Origin: Candidatus Nanoarchaeia archaeon
GTDB taxonomy: Archaea > Nanobdellota > Nanobdellia > Woesearchaeales > JAQUVJ01
Assembly (NCBI GenBank): GCA_028693395.1
Contig: JAQUVJ010000001.1
Coordinates: 46,387 to 110,386, forward strand
Direction of reading: 5' to 3'
Length of the DNA stretch: 64,000 nt
The notes below the pieces were generated by a model that did no database searches, was not told the DNA's origin, and saw nothing but the letters and a program-made list of their open reading frames with translations. Both the position numbers and the translations under genes were made by a program. Of the stretch, positions 32,335 to 41,698 are shown piece by piece (positions within the stretch are counted from its first letter, which is position 1; each line of letters begins with the position of its first letter).

Positions 32335-32439
32335 GGGCCTGTAGCTTAGCCTGGTTGGAGCGCTGGTCTTATATGGCTACGTTTTAAACATAGGTTCTAA
32401 GAGAACCAGTGGTCCTGAGTTCAAATCTCAGCAGGCCCA
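32335..32439 (+). tRNA. Intron-containing tRNA with anticodon UAU (tRNA-Ile decoding AUA); intron of about 30 nt (32374-32403) at the canonical 37/38 position
   Basis: Acceptor GGGCCTG/CAGGCCC, D-stem GCTT/GAGC, anticodon stem CTGGT(32363-32367)/ACCAG(32405-32409), loop C-T-TAT-A (U33 and purine 37 conserved), T-arm CTGAG-TTCAAAT-CTCAG and discriminator A. The anticodon-loop CTTA can pair with intron TAAG to form a BHB-like helix. Confidence 0.7.
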
Positions 32440-32448
32440 GATTTTTAT

Positions 32449-32523
32449 GCCCGAATGGTGTAGTCCGGCCAATCATTCGGCCCTTTCGAGGCCGAGACCC
32501 GGGTTCGAATCCCGGTTCGAGCA
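32449..32523 (+). tRNA. tRNA-Glu (anticodon UUC)
   Basis: The D-arm GGTGTAGTCCGGCCAATCAT is identical to the conserved archaeal tRNA-Glu D-arm. Anticodon stem CGGCC/GGCCG with loop CTTTCGA, and T-arm CCGGG-TTCGAAT-CCCGG. The acceptor has one C-A mismatch at 3:70. Confidence 0.8.
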
Positions 32524-32686
32524 TTAAAATAAATTGGGATTTTTTCCCAATTTTAATAATTCTAGGTTTGCTTTGTTTATTTTAATTTATTTTAAATTTC
32601 TAAAAACAACTAAAATTTACATAAAAAATTAATAAAATTCAACAAAAAAAAGAAAATTTTATATTTAATAAAGAATATAAAAATTC

Positions 32687-33172
32687 ATGAATCTTAAAAG
32701 AACACTTATAATTTATTATTCAAGTGAACATAAAAATACTTATAAAATAGCAAAAGAAATAGGTATGACCCTAAATGCAGATATTAAAGAAGTAAGTGAA
32801 GTAAACGTTAATAATTTAAATAAATATGATATAATTGGTTTTGGTTCTGGAATTTATAATAGTAGAAGTCACCCAAGTCTTTTAAAATTAATAGATTCTC
32901 TAAAAAATGTAAAAGACAAAAAAGCTTTTGTTTTTAGTACAGCACTAATAACATATAAAACAATAAACAAACCTTTGATAACTAAACTTGAATCAAAAGG
33001 ATTCAAAGTTATTGATGATTTCTATTGTAAAGGTTTTATGGATCATAAATTTGTAAAATATTTAGGTGGTTTTAATAAAGACAGACCTAATTTGAAAGAT
33101 TTAGAAGATGCAAAAAAATTTGCACTAAAATTAAAAGATTTTCTTAATAATCCTTATAAATTTAACAAATAA
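32687..33172 (+). CDS. Flavodoxin-like fold protein
   Basis: 161 aa. N-terminal LIIYYSSEHKNTYKIA and GFGSGIYN match the flavodoxin-like phosphate-binding pattern. Confidence 0.5.
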   Translation: MNLKRTLIIYYSSEHKNTYKIAKEIGMTLNADIKEVSEVNVNNLNKYDIIGFGSGIYNSRSHPSLLKLIDSLKNVKDKKAFVFSTALITYKTINKPLITKLESKGFKVIDDFYCKGFMDHKFVKYLGGFNKDRPNLKDLEDAKKFALKLKDFLNNPYKFNK

Positions 33173-33204
33173 ATTTATATATTTTCTTAATAATAAAAAA
33201 TAAA

Positions 33205-34134
33205 ATGGATAAAAGAAGTATTCTATTCGTATGTACAGGTAACATATATCGAAGTTTAACTGCACAACTTGCTTTTCAAAAATTTTTAAATGATAATAAT
33301 ATAAAAAATTGGAATGTAAAATCCGCAGGAATCAAAGCAAATAAAGAAGAAATTCATGATGGTGTAAAAAAAACATTAAAAAAATATGGATTTGATAAAA
33401 TAAATCACAAACAAACAAAACTTACTAAAAAAATATTAAACGAATATGATTGTGTTGTTGCGATGGCACAAAATCATGTTGATTTTATTAAAAATGAATT
33501 AAAATTTAATAATGTATTATTATTTAATGAATTAGCAATTGATAAAAAAACATCAATCTTGGATATTGAAGACAATGTAAAAGATTACAAAACTAATCCT
33601 GAAGCAGTAGAGAAAGAAATGGAAAAAACTATAAAATACATTTTTAACAATATAGAAAAATTATATAAAAAAGTCTTAGAAAGATTCTATATTTTCTGTG
33701 ATTTTATTGAAAATAATATTTCTCATAGAAATGGTTTTCCTTTTATAAAACTTTACGAGACAAAAAATGCAATTTCTTTTATGTCAATTGATATTCCTCA
33801 AAAAGTTGATGGACACATACTTGTAATTCCTAAAAAAAGATATAATGATTTTAAAAAAATACCTTTAAATGTACTTAGCGAAATAATGGAAATTATAAAA
33901 AAAATAGCAATAGTAATTGAAAGAAATTATGGAGGATACAACATTTTGTTAAACAATAGTACAGATGCTGGTCAATATATTTTTCATACACATTTTCATA
34001 TTATTCCAAGAATTTCTAATGACAATATAAGAATAGAATTATGGAAAAGAAATAAAATAACAAAGGAAGACTTCATCTTATTAAACAACAAATTTAAAAA
34101 AGAAATGGAAATTATAGATAAAGAAAGAAATTAA
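33205..34134 (+). CDS. Fusion of a low-molecular-weight protein tyrosine phosphatase/ArsC-like domain and a HIT (histidine triad) domain
   Basis: 309 aa. N-terminal CX5R P-loop (LFVCTGNIYRSLTAQ) and a C-terminal histidine triad (FHTHFHIIPR). Confidence 0.6.
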   Translation: MDKRSILFVCTGNIYRSLTAQLAFQKFLNDNNIKNWNVKSAGIKANKEEIHDGVKKTLKKYGFDKINHKQTKLTKKILNEYDCVVAMAQNHVDFIKNELKFNNVLLFNELAIDKKTSILDIEDNVKDYKTNPEAVEKEMEKTIKYIFNNIEKLYKKVLERFYIFCDFIENNISHRNGFPFIKLYETKNAISFMSIDIPQKVDGHILVIPKKRYNDFKKIPLNVLSEIMEIIKKIAIVIERNYGGYNILLNNSTDAGQYIFHTHFHIIPRISNDNIRIELWKRNKITKEDFILLNNKFKKEMEIIDKERN

Positions 34135-34271
34135 TAATAATAATAATAATAATAATATGATGATTATTATCTTCTTTTCTTTTTATCTGAACATTAATAT
34201 CTTTTTTATAAAAAGATGTTTAGAAATTTTTATATATAACATAAATTCTCTTACGACTATTAGGTGACATC

Positions 34272-34679
34272 ATGGATGTAAACATTGAACAATTAAATGA
34301 ATATAAATCACTTTTCAAAGGAAAAGATTTAGGATTAATAAATCAATTAAGAGATTTTCTTAAAGAAAGAAATTTAGAATACAGAATATCAGGAGATTCA
34401 CTAAATGATTTATCTGAAGATCTGATAAGAAGATACGAAAGCATTGATATTATTGTAAAAAACAAATCACAAGTTTACAAAAAATATGAAGCAGAAAAAG
34501 AACTTTTTAGAGCTACTATTGGTTATGTTATTGAGTCAGACCCTGAATTTTTCAGTAATGTTATTTCTGTAAGAGGAAATGTTAATTATACTTATAATAA
34601 TTTAAATATAGAAACTTCTTTCAAAATATCATCAAAAAATCCAAAAACAACAATAAATTTAATCTTTGAAAAAGATTAA
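34272..34679 (+). CDS. Hypothetical protein
   Basis: 135 aa ORF in a coding-like context with no recognisable motifs. Confidence 0.3.
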   Translation: MDVNIEQLNEYKSLFKGKDLGLINQLRDFLKERNLEYRISGDSLNDLSEDLIRRYESIDIIVKNKSQVYKKYEAEKELFRATIGYVIESDPEFFSNVISVRGNVNYTYNNLNIETSFKISSKNPKTTINLIFEKD

Positions 34680-34795
34680 ATAATTATTATTCATTTTTAA
34701 TTTATTTTTTTATTTTTACTAATTTTCTATTATTATTTTATTTTTTATTATTATATTAATTATAACACTTTATTCATTTTAATTCTTTTTTTAAA

Positions 34796-35836
34796 TCAAA
34801 ATAAAATCCATATAATTAACAAAGAAATAACACATGAAATTGTTAAAGGCGGAATTGCTGGATAAAATTTTCCTTTTCTTGTAAACATAAAAAAAATAAA
34901 CAAGCCTATTGAAACAATTAAAGAACTTAAAAAAGCAGGAAATAATCCAAAAGTCTTTAATATTGCAACATTAAAAAGCAAAGGAAATGCAATATCTCCA
35001 CCACCTAATATTGCAACACCCAAATCATCTTTATTTTTATTTTCTATTTCATTATTTAAATTATTATTATCATCATCATTATTATTATTATTATTATCAT
35101 CATCATTATTATTATTATTAAGAACTTTACTAAGATTATTTAATTCTAAATTTTCATTTTTTACATTAGCATTTACATTTGTATTTTCATTTGCATTTTT
35201 TTTAAAAAAAGAACCATCAAAAAAAGATTTTTTACTAATTTTAGTTGGCATCATTATTCCCATAAATAATTTATTGTTTGTTATTTCTTTTGCCATAAAA
35301 ACCATGTGTTTTGATTTAAAGACTGCAATATAATCATAAATTGAAATTATGAAAAGTAAAAATAATGCACTTTTTATATTAATTATATCAGAAAATAATA
35401 TTGCAAACGAAGGATATATTAAAATTTCAGTAAGACTATTTATTAAAAAATTATTTCTTTTTATCTTCATATATGTTAAAAAAACAGATAAAAAAATTCC
35501 ATAATAATAATTTGTTAATTCACTTATTGTTATAAACATTGTAAGAAAAATACCTACACTAATCCAACCTTTCCACATTTTTGTTTTTTTATTTTTTAAA
35601 AGAAAAATTAAAATAATTGTTCCAAGAAACATTCCAATTAAAATATTAATAATTGCTTGCCAAACATCCATTTGCTCTCTAACAAATCCACTATTTAATT
35701 CATCATATTCAATAACTTTTTCACCTTTATCATTTGTTGAAAAAGTCATTGTTGTACTTGAAAGATATACTCCAAAGATTTGTATAATAAAAAATAAAAT
35801 TACAAGAAATATTGTTGTTTTTATTTGATGTTTCAT
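34796..35836 (-). CDS. Presenilin/signal-peptide-peptidase-like intramembrane aspartyl protease (A22 family) with a poly-N/D loop
   Basis: 346 aa polytopic protein carrying a YD motif (ISIYDYIAV), a GxGD motif (LGGGDIAFP) and a PAL-like motif (LFPAFL) in successive TM helices. The loop contains NNNNDDDNNNNNNDDDNNN. Confidence 0.5.
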   Translation of the reverse strand: MKHQIKTTIFLVILFFIIQIFGVYLSSTTMTFSTNDKGEKVIEYDELNSGFVREQMDVWQAIINILIGMFLGTIILIFLLKNKKTKMWKGWISVGIFLTMFITISELTNYYYGIFLSVFLTYMKIKRNNFLINSLTEILIYPSFAILFSDIINIKSALFLLFIISIYDYIAVFKSKHMVFMAKEITNNKLFMGIMMPTKISKKSFFDGSFFKKNANENTNVNANVKNENLELNNLSKVLNNNNNDDDNNNNNNDDDNNNLNNEIENKNKDDLGVAILGGGDIAFPLLFNVAILKTFGLFPAFLSSLIVSIGLFIFFMFTRKGKFYPAIPPLTISCVISLLIIWILF

Positions 35837-36061
35837 GTTTTTCTTTAATTTATTTTATTTATAAATTTATTGATGTTTTATGAAAAAATAAAAATAAAAA
35901 TAAAAATAAAGAAATAAAGAAATAAAGAAATAAAAAATTAATCAAAATTAAAGAGAATAAAAATTAATATAAAATTATTAAAAATATTATTAAAAGAATA
36001 AAAATAAATAAAAATAATATAAATAAATAAATAAAAATAATAATAATAATAACTAAAAAAA

Positions 36062-37498
36062 TTATATCTTGTCTACCAATTGATCTAATCCATTATCCTT
36101 TACTAAAAATCCTAATTCTTTTATTTCATCTCTATATTTATCAGATTCTTCCCAATTCTTTTCCATTCTTGACTTCTTTCTTTTTTCTAATAAATCAATT
36201 ACTTCAACTGGTAAATCTAGAATTTCTTCTTTCATTTCATTAAATCTCAAACCTAATATTTCATCGAATTTTAGTAAAGTCTTAAATTTATTATCATCAG
36301 AAATTTCTTTATCATTGATTAAATTCCACATTATTCCTAAAGATTTTGGGACATTTAAATCATCAAAAACTGATTCAAAAAATAAATTTTCATATTCCTT
36401 TGATTTTTCTATTGATTGATTATTGTTTTTATCATTATATTGATTATTCATCTTTTTAATTTCTATTATTTTTGTTTTTAATTTTTCAAATCCTAATTTT
36501 GAATTTTCAATTGCATCCCAACTAAAAGACAATTCTTTTCTGTAATGTGTATTCAAACAAAAATATCTAAAAACCAACGGATCATATCCTTTTTTCTCAA
36601 GTAAATCTACTCTTAGAAAATCTCCTGATGATTTTGACATTTTTCCATCCTTTAAAACTAAAAAATTTCCATGTAACCAATATTTTACCCATGGTTTTTT
36701 ATTTGTAGATGCTTCCGATTGAGCAATTTCATTAGTATGGTGAACATTTATATGATCAATTCCTCCTGTATGTATATCAAATTGTTCTCCTAAATATTTC
36801 ATGCTCATGGCACTACATTCAATATGCCATCCTGGATATCCTATTCCCCATGGACTGTCCCATTTCATTGAATGTGAACTTCCAAATTTTGAATTTCCAA
36901 GTGTAAACCATAAAACAAAATCTGAAAAATTTCTTTTATTATCATCTTGTTCTACTCTTGAAGAACTTTCTAGATTTTCTAATTTTAATTTTGCAAATTT
37001 TGTATAATCTTTAAATTTAGATGTGTCAAAATATACATTTCCACCACTTTGATAGGTAAATCCATTTCTTTCTAATTTACCAATCATTTTTTGCATTTCA
37101 TTTATATGTTCAGTTGCTTTACACCAAACTTGTGGTTTATGAAGATTTAATTTATTCCAGTCTTTTTTAAATTCATCTGTGTAGTATTGTGCAATTTCTT
37201 CTACTGTTTTTCCTTCTCTTTTTGCACCTTCTTCCATCTTATCATCTCCTTGATCTCCATCATCTGTTAAATGTCCAACATCTGTTATATTTATTACATG
37301 CTTAACTCTATATCCTGCAGATACTAATGTTCTATACAATATATCATTAAAAATATAAGTTCTCATATTTCCTAAATGAGCATAATTATAAACAGTTGGA
37401 CCACATGAATAAAAACCAACTTCGTTTTTATTTATTGGCTCAAATTTTTCTTTTTTCTTTGTTTTAGTATTATATAATATCAATTCCATAATTCTCAC
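36062..37498 (-). CDS. cysS: Cysteinyl-tRNA synthetase
   Basis: 478 aa. HIGH-type motif (HLGNMRTY), Zn-binding Cys residues and KMSKS (KMSKSSGD). Confidence 0.9.
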   Translation of the reverse strand: MRIMELILYNTKTKKKEKFEPINKNEVGFYSCGPTVYNYAHLGNMRTYIFNDILYRTLVSAGYRVKHVINITDVGHLTDDGDQGDDKMEEGAKREGKTVEEIAQYYTDEFKKDWNKLNLHKPQVWCKATEHINEMQKMIGKLERNGFTYQSGGNVYFDTSKFKDYTKFAKLKLENLESSSRVEQDDNKRNFSDFVLWFTLGNSKFGSSHSMKWDSPWGIGYPGWHIECSAMSMKYLGEQFDIHTGGIDHINVHHTNEIAQSEASTNKKPWVKYWLHGNFLVLKDGKMSKSSGDFLRVDLLEKKGYDPLVFRYFCLNTHYRKELSFSWDAIENSKLGFEKLKTKIIEIKKMNNQYNDKNNNQSIEKSKEYENLFFESVFDDLNVPKSLGIMWNLINDKEISDDNKFKTLLKFDEILGLRFNEMKEEILDLPVEVIDLLEKRKKSRMEKNWEESDKYRDEIKELGFLVKDNGLDQLVDKI

Positions 37499-37939
37499 TT
37501 TTTCATTTGTAATTTTTCATTTGTATTTTATATTTGTAATTTTTTAATTTAATTTTTTAATTTAATTTTTTACACTTCTCATTTCAAATTATCTTGCTAA
37601 TTTAAAATAATATAATCATTATAATTTATTACTTATAATATATATACTTTTATAAAAATATATTATTTATTTTTAAGAAAAATTATTGTTGACAGTACTC
37701 AATAAAAAAATAAGAATTTTGTTTTTTTACAATTATCATGTTATTAGTAATAATATTTTATTTATAAACTTTTTTAAAAGATAAATAATATAATAACATA
37801 AACAAATAAAATCATGAATAAATAAAATTTAAAAAATGATTATGTAATAATTTTAATAAAAATTTTATTTTTTTAAATTATAATATAACAAAGAAAGAAA
37901 AAATAAAAAGAAAAAAATTAAAAAAAATAAATTAACAAA

Positions 37940-38650
37940 TTATTTCTTTTCTTTTTTAAAACACATAAACCAATCTAAACAATAAGTGTTTTCATCTTTT
38001 GATTCTACTCTTTCTTTAGCAGTTCCACAAGAACCTGGGGGAGGAACTATTACATCATCTCCCGGTTGCCAATTTGCAGGAGTAGCTATTCCTTCTCTAT
38101 CAGCTTTTTGCATTGCAATAATTAATCTTTTTATTTCATCCATATTTCTTCCTGTTGAAGATGGATAATATAAAACTGTTCTAACCTTACCTTTCTCATC
38201 AATTATAAAAACAGCTCTTACTGCTTGAGTTGTTGATGAATTTGGTTGCACCATTCCATATTTCTTAGCAACTTCCATTTTCAAATCTTCAATTAAAGGA
38301 AACATTACTTCAACATTTTTCATTCCTTTAAATTCAATTTTCTCTTTTATTGTTCTAAGCCATGCAATATGTGCATACATACTATCAATAGACAAACCTA
38401 CTAATTCTGTGTTTAACTTTCTAAAATCTTCTTGCATTGATGCAAAAGTCATAAATTCTGTTGTGCAAACAGGTGTAAAATCTGCTGGGTGACTAAACAA
38501 TATTATCCACTTTCCTTTAAAATCTTGAGGGAAATTTATTTGTCCCATTGTCGTATTTGCAACAAAAGCTGGTGCATCATCTCCAATTAATGGCATTCTA
38601 ATTTCTTCTCTTGCTTGATATTCGTTATTTTTTATCTCATTTTGTTCCAT
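37940..38650 (-). CDS. Peroxiredoxin (1-Cys/Prx6-type thiol peroxidase)
   Basis: 236 aa. Peroxidatic Cys motif FTPVCTTE. Confidence 0.85.
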   Translation of the reverse strand: MEQNEIKNNEYQAREEIRMPLIGDDAPAFVANTTMGQINFPQDFKGKWIILFSHPADFTPVCTTEFMTFASMQEDFRKLNTELVGLSIDSMYAHIAWLRTIKEKIEFKGMKNVEVMFPLIEDLKMEVAKKYGMVQPNSSTTQAVRAVFIIDEKGKVRTVLYYPSSTGRNMDEIKRLIIAMQKADREGIATPANWQPGDDVIVPPPGSCGTAKERVESKDENTYCLDWFMCFKKEKK

Positions 38651-38713
38651 TTTTTTTACCTCTTTAAAACGTTTTATAATTAAATTAATTTAAAAAATAT
38701 TTTTATTATTATT

Positions 38714-39127
38714 TTATTCTTTAGAAATCTTACAATCTTTACATTCACCATAAAAATTTAAAGTATAATTCTTTATATCAAAATCTTTTAATTCTTTTTT
38801 TTTGTTTAAGATTTCCTTTTCAATTTCTGAAATTTCTATATCAAAAATTTTTCCACAATTTTGACATAAAAAATGCGAATGATTTTCTTGTTTGGGTTCA
38901 AAAACTTGTATACCCTTTATCTTTACTTCTTGTATTATATCTTCTTGACAAAGTAATTTTAAATTAGTATAAACTGTTTTTTTACTGATTCTTGGCAATT
39001 TTTCTTTAACAAATTTAAAAACATCATCTACACTTGGATGATTATGATTATCTTTTAAATAATCTAAAATAATTAATCTTTGATTTGTTAATTTAAAGGC
39101 TAAATTACTCATATTGTTAAATAACAT
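38714..39127 (-). CDS. Fur-family metalloregulator (PerR/Fur-like)
   Basis: 137 aa. N-terminal winged HTH, a HHSHFLC metal site and a CxxC...CxxC structural Zn site (CQNCGK...CKDC). Confidence 0.7.
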   Translation of the reverse strand: MLFNNMSNLAFKLTNQRLIILDYLKDNHNHPSVDDVFKFVKEKLPRISKKTVYTNLKLLCQEDIIQEVKIKGIQVFEPKQENHSHFLCQNCGKIFDIEISEIEKEILNKKKELKDFDIKNYTLNFYGECKDCKISKE

Positions 39128-39346
39128 TAAGTGTTATTTAAAGTTTATGATTTATCATCATTATCATTATAATAATAGAATAATAATTTAAAGTAATATA
39201 ATAATAATAATAATAATAAATAAATAAAATAAAATAAAGTAAAGTAAAGTAAAGTAAAAATGAATAAATAAATAAGTAAAATATAAAATAAATTTAAGAA
39301 ATAAAAAAAAATAATATTAAAAAAGGTGTTAAAAAACTAAAATAAA

Positions 39347-39835
39347 TCAAATATTATCTTCCTTTCTTAATAAATCTATCAAATACGTAGAATTAACAAA
39401 AGTTGGAATATCATTTTGAGTTATTCTTTGATCTTTAAAATAAGTATATGTTAAAAGATAATTCTTTAAATCTTCATTTAAACCTGTTCCATAAACAAAA
39501 ATTTTTTTTGGTTGTCTTATTTCATTTGATAAATTTATTGAAACATTATTTTCCATACATAAACAAAGTTGAATATGCACAGATTGTTTCCATGTGTATA
39601 AATCCAATTTTTCTGGTTCTATTATTTCTCTATTACAAAATGGAAGTGCATAACCCTTACATTCAATTTCTTTATTTCTTAATTTATATTGGTATTTGTC
39701 TTCTTCATTTGTTACAAAAAATATAGGAAAAAAATTTGTTCCTGTTTTTGAAAAATGTTTTATAAAGCCATCAGTAATTTCTTTATATTCTCTAAATAAA
39801 ACATTTTCCAAATTTTTTTCAACACTAAATATCAT
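39347..39835 (-). CDS. Hypothetical protein
   Basis: 162 aa with no recognisable motif. It lies between perR and dut. Confidence 0.3.
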   Translation of the reverse strand: MIFSVEKNLENVLFREYKEITDGFIKHFSKTGTNFFPIFFVTNEEDKYQYKLRNKEIECKGYALPFCNREIIEPEKLDLYTWKQSVHIQLCLCMENNVSINLSNEIRQPKKIFVYGTGLNEDLKNYLLTYTYFKDQRITQNDIPTFVNSTYLIDLLRKEDNI

Positions 39836-39942
39836 ACGTCACTGATGGACAGTAATACAATATATAAGGATTACTATATTAAAAAAACTATATTAACTAA
39901 AAAAAACACAGAATCTTTATATATCTTTAAAATAAAAAAAGT

Positions 39943-40380
39943 ATGATTAAAATGGTTGATAAATTAAAAGTTAAAAAATTAAATGAAAACGCAAACCTTC
40001 CAGAATACTCTTTGGATTGTGATATTGCATTTGATGTAAAAGCAAATGAGTCTGTGTCTTTAAATCCTACTGAACAAAAAGAAATTCACACAGGAATTGC
40101 AATGGAAATTCCTGAAGGATATATTGGACTTGTAAGAGACAGATTTGGAATAGTTACAAGATTTGGAGCACATGTCATCGCTGGAACTTTTGATCACTCA
40201 TATAGAGAAGAAGTTACTATAATGATGATAAACTTAGGAAAAGAAGAATTATATATAGAAGAAGGAATGAGAATTGCTCAAATTGTTTTAATTCCAATAA
40301 ATAAATTAGAAATAGAAGAAGTAAAAGAATTATCAAAAACACAAAGATCTGGTAAAAAAGATTTAACTGGTCTTAAATAA
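39943..40380 (+). CDS. dut: dUTP diphosphatase (dCTP deaminase/dUTPase superfamily)
   Basis: 145 aa. dUTPase-like motifs (VIAGTFDHSYREEV corresponds to GxIDxDYRGE; the C-terminal RSGKKDLTG corresponds to motif 5). Confidence 0.6.
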   Translation: MIKMVDKLKVKKLNENANLPEYSLDCDIAFDVKANESVSLNPTEQKEIHTGIAMEIPEGYIGLVRDRFGIVTRFGAHVIAGTFDHSYREEVTIMMINLGKEELYIEEGMRIAQIVLIPINKLEIEEVKELSKTQRSGKKDLTGLK

Positions 40381-40548
40381 TTTTTTTCTTTTTTTTATTT
40401 ATTTCTTATTGTATTAAATTACTATAAAATTACAAAAATTAATTATAAAATATTATTAAAAAAAAAATAAAATTAGAAATTAAAAAATAAAAATAAATTA
40501 AAACAAAAGTAAAAAAACAAAAATAAAAAAATCTTAATAAAAATTTAA

Positions 40549-41142
40549 TTAATTTTCTTTACTCATATCTTCTTGTTTTGTTTGATCTGAAACAATTTGA
40601 TCATTTACTACACTTGAATCTTTTTCTGGAGCATATTCACCTACAATTTTTACATCTTCAACTGTATAATAAGCTTTTTTATCATATTCCATTAAATAAC
40701 CTATTAATTTTGATAAATCTTTTTTATGAATAATTACATGAATAGATTTAACTTCTCCATTAGGACCATCAACACCAAGAGCTGTAAAAGTATATTTTAA
40801 TCTTCTCAAAGTTCCTACTAAATCTTTTGAATCCTTTGATGTAACTATTCTAACTATTACTTTTCCTATTAATATTTTTTGTTCTGCACATATTCCAACA
40901 TAAGTTCCAACTGCAAAACCTAAACCATAAGCAATATAAGCTACAAAATTTGAAAGATTATCCATAATTCTAGTTATTGCAAGTAACCAAATAATTACCT
41001 CAAAAAAACCTAAAATTGCAGATAATAATTTTTCTCCTTTAGAAACAAAAATCAATCTAATTGTTCCTAAACTAACATCAACAATTCTTGCACAAAATAT
41101 TAAAATTGGCAAAACCACATACATAAAAATTTGTTCTTGCAT
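40549..41142 (-). CDS. DUF2179/YitT-like membrane protein
   Basis: 197 aa. N-terminal TM helices plus a C-terminal soluble DUF2179-like segment (KYTFTALGVDGPNGE...HVIIHKKDL). Confidence 0.5.
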   Translation of the reverse strand: MQEQIFMYVVLPILIFCARIVDVSLGTIRLIFVSKGEKLLSAILGFFEVIIWLLAITRIMDNLSNFVAYIAYGLGFAVGTYVGICAEQKILIGKVIVRIVTSKDSKDLVGTLRRLKYTFTALGVDGPNGEVKSIHVIIHKKDLSKLIGYLMEYDKKAYYTVEDVKIVGEYAPEKDSSVVNDQIVSDQTKQEDMSKEN

Positions 41143-41257
41143 AAAAACACCTTAAAGATATTCTATTGCATTTGATTATAAAGATTTCTATAAACATTTA
41201 GTTAATCAGACCTAAACAACTGCAAAAATTTATAAAAAAACAAAAATAAATTCATTC

Positions 41258-41578
41258 ATGGGAAAAAAAAGAATAATTTTTATTTCAATTTTTGTAATTA
41301 TTATTATATTTGTAATATCTTTTTTAAGTGCAATTCCTAAAATAAAAGAAGAAATTATAAAAAATGAAATAAAAAAAGCAAATTATTGTGAAGAAGATTT
41401 AGATTGTATAGATGCAGGAAGTAAATGTCCTTTTGGTTGTTTTAATTATGTTAATAAAAATGAAGTTGAAAGAATTTCAAATTTAATAGAATCATATAAT
41501 TCAAACTGTGTTTATGGATGTCTTCTTTGTGAAAATGTAAAATGTGAAGATAAAAAATGTATTCCAATTTGTGATTAA
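41258..41578 (+). CDS. Small secreted or membrane-anchored Cys-rich miniprotein
   Basis: 106 aa. N-terminal signal anchor (IIFISIFVIIIIFVISFLSA), then 12 Cys in about 70 aa (CEEDLDCIDAGSKCPFGCFNY...NCVYGCLLCENVKCEDKKCIPICD). Confidence 0.45.
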   Translation: MGKKRIIFISIFVIIIIFVISFLSAIPKIKEEIIKNEIKKANYCEEDLDCIDAGSKCPFGCFNYVNKNEVERISNLIESYNSNCVYGCLLCENVKCEDKKCIPICD

Positions 41579-41698
41579 TTATATTTAATTTAGTAAAATT
41601 TCTTTTTCTTCATTTTACTTTTTTCTTGTTATTTTTCTTATTTCTTTTTTTTCTTTTTGTATCTATTTTGTATTTCTTTAATATAATAAAAATTAAAA

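Noticed and set aside
37499-37939. 440-bp gap upstream of cysS, examined for a small gene or RNA
   Set aside because: No ORF with coding-like composition and no GC-rich structured segment. It probably holds the promoter or leader of cysS.
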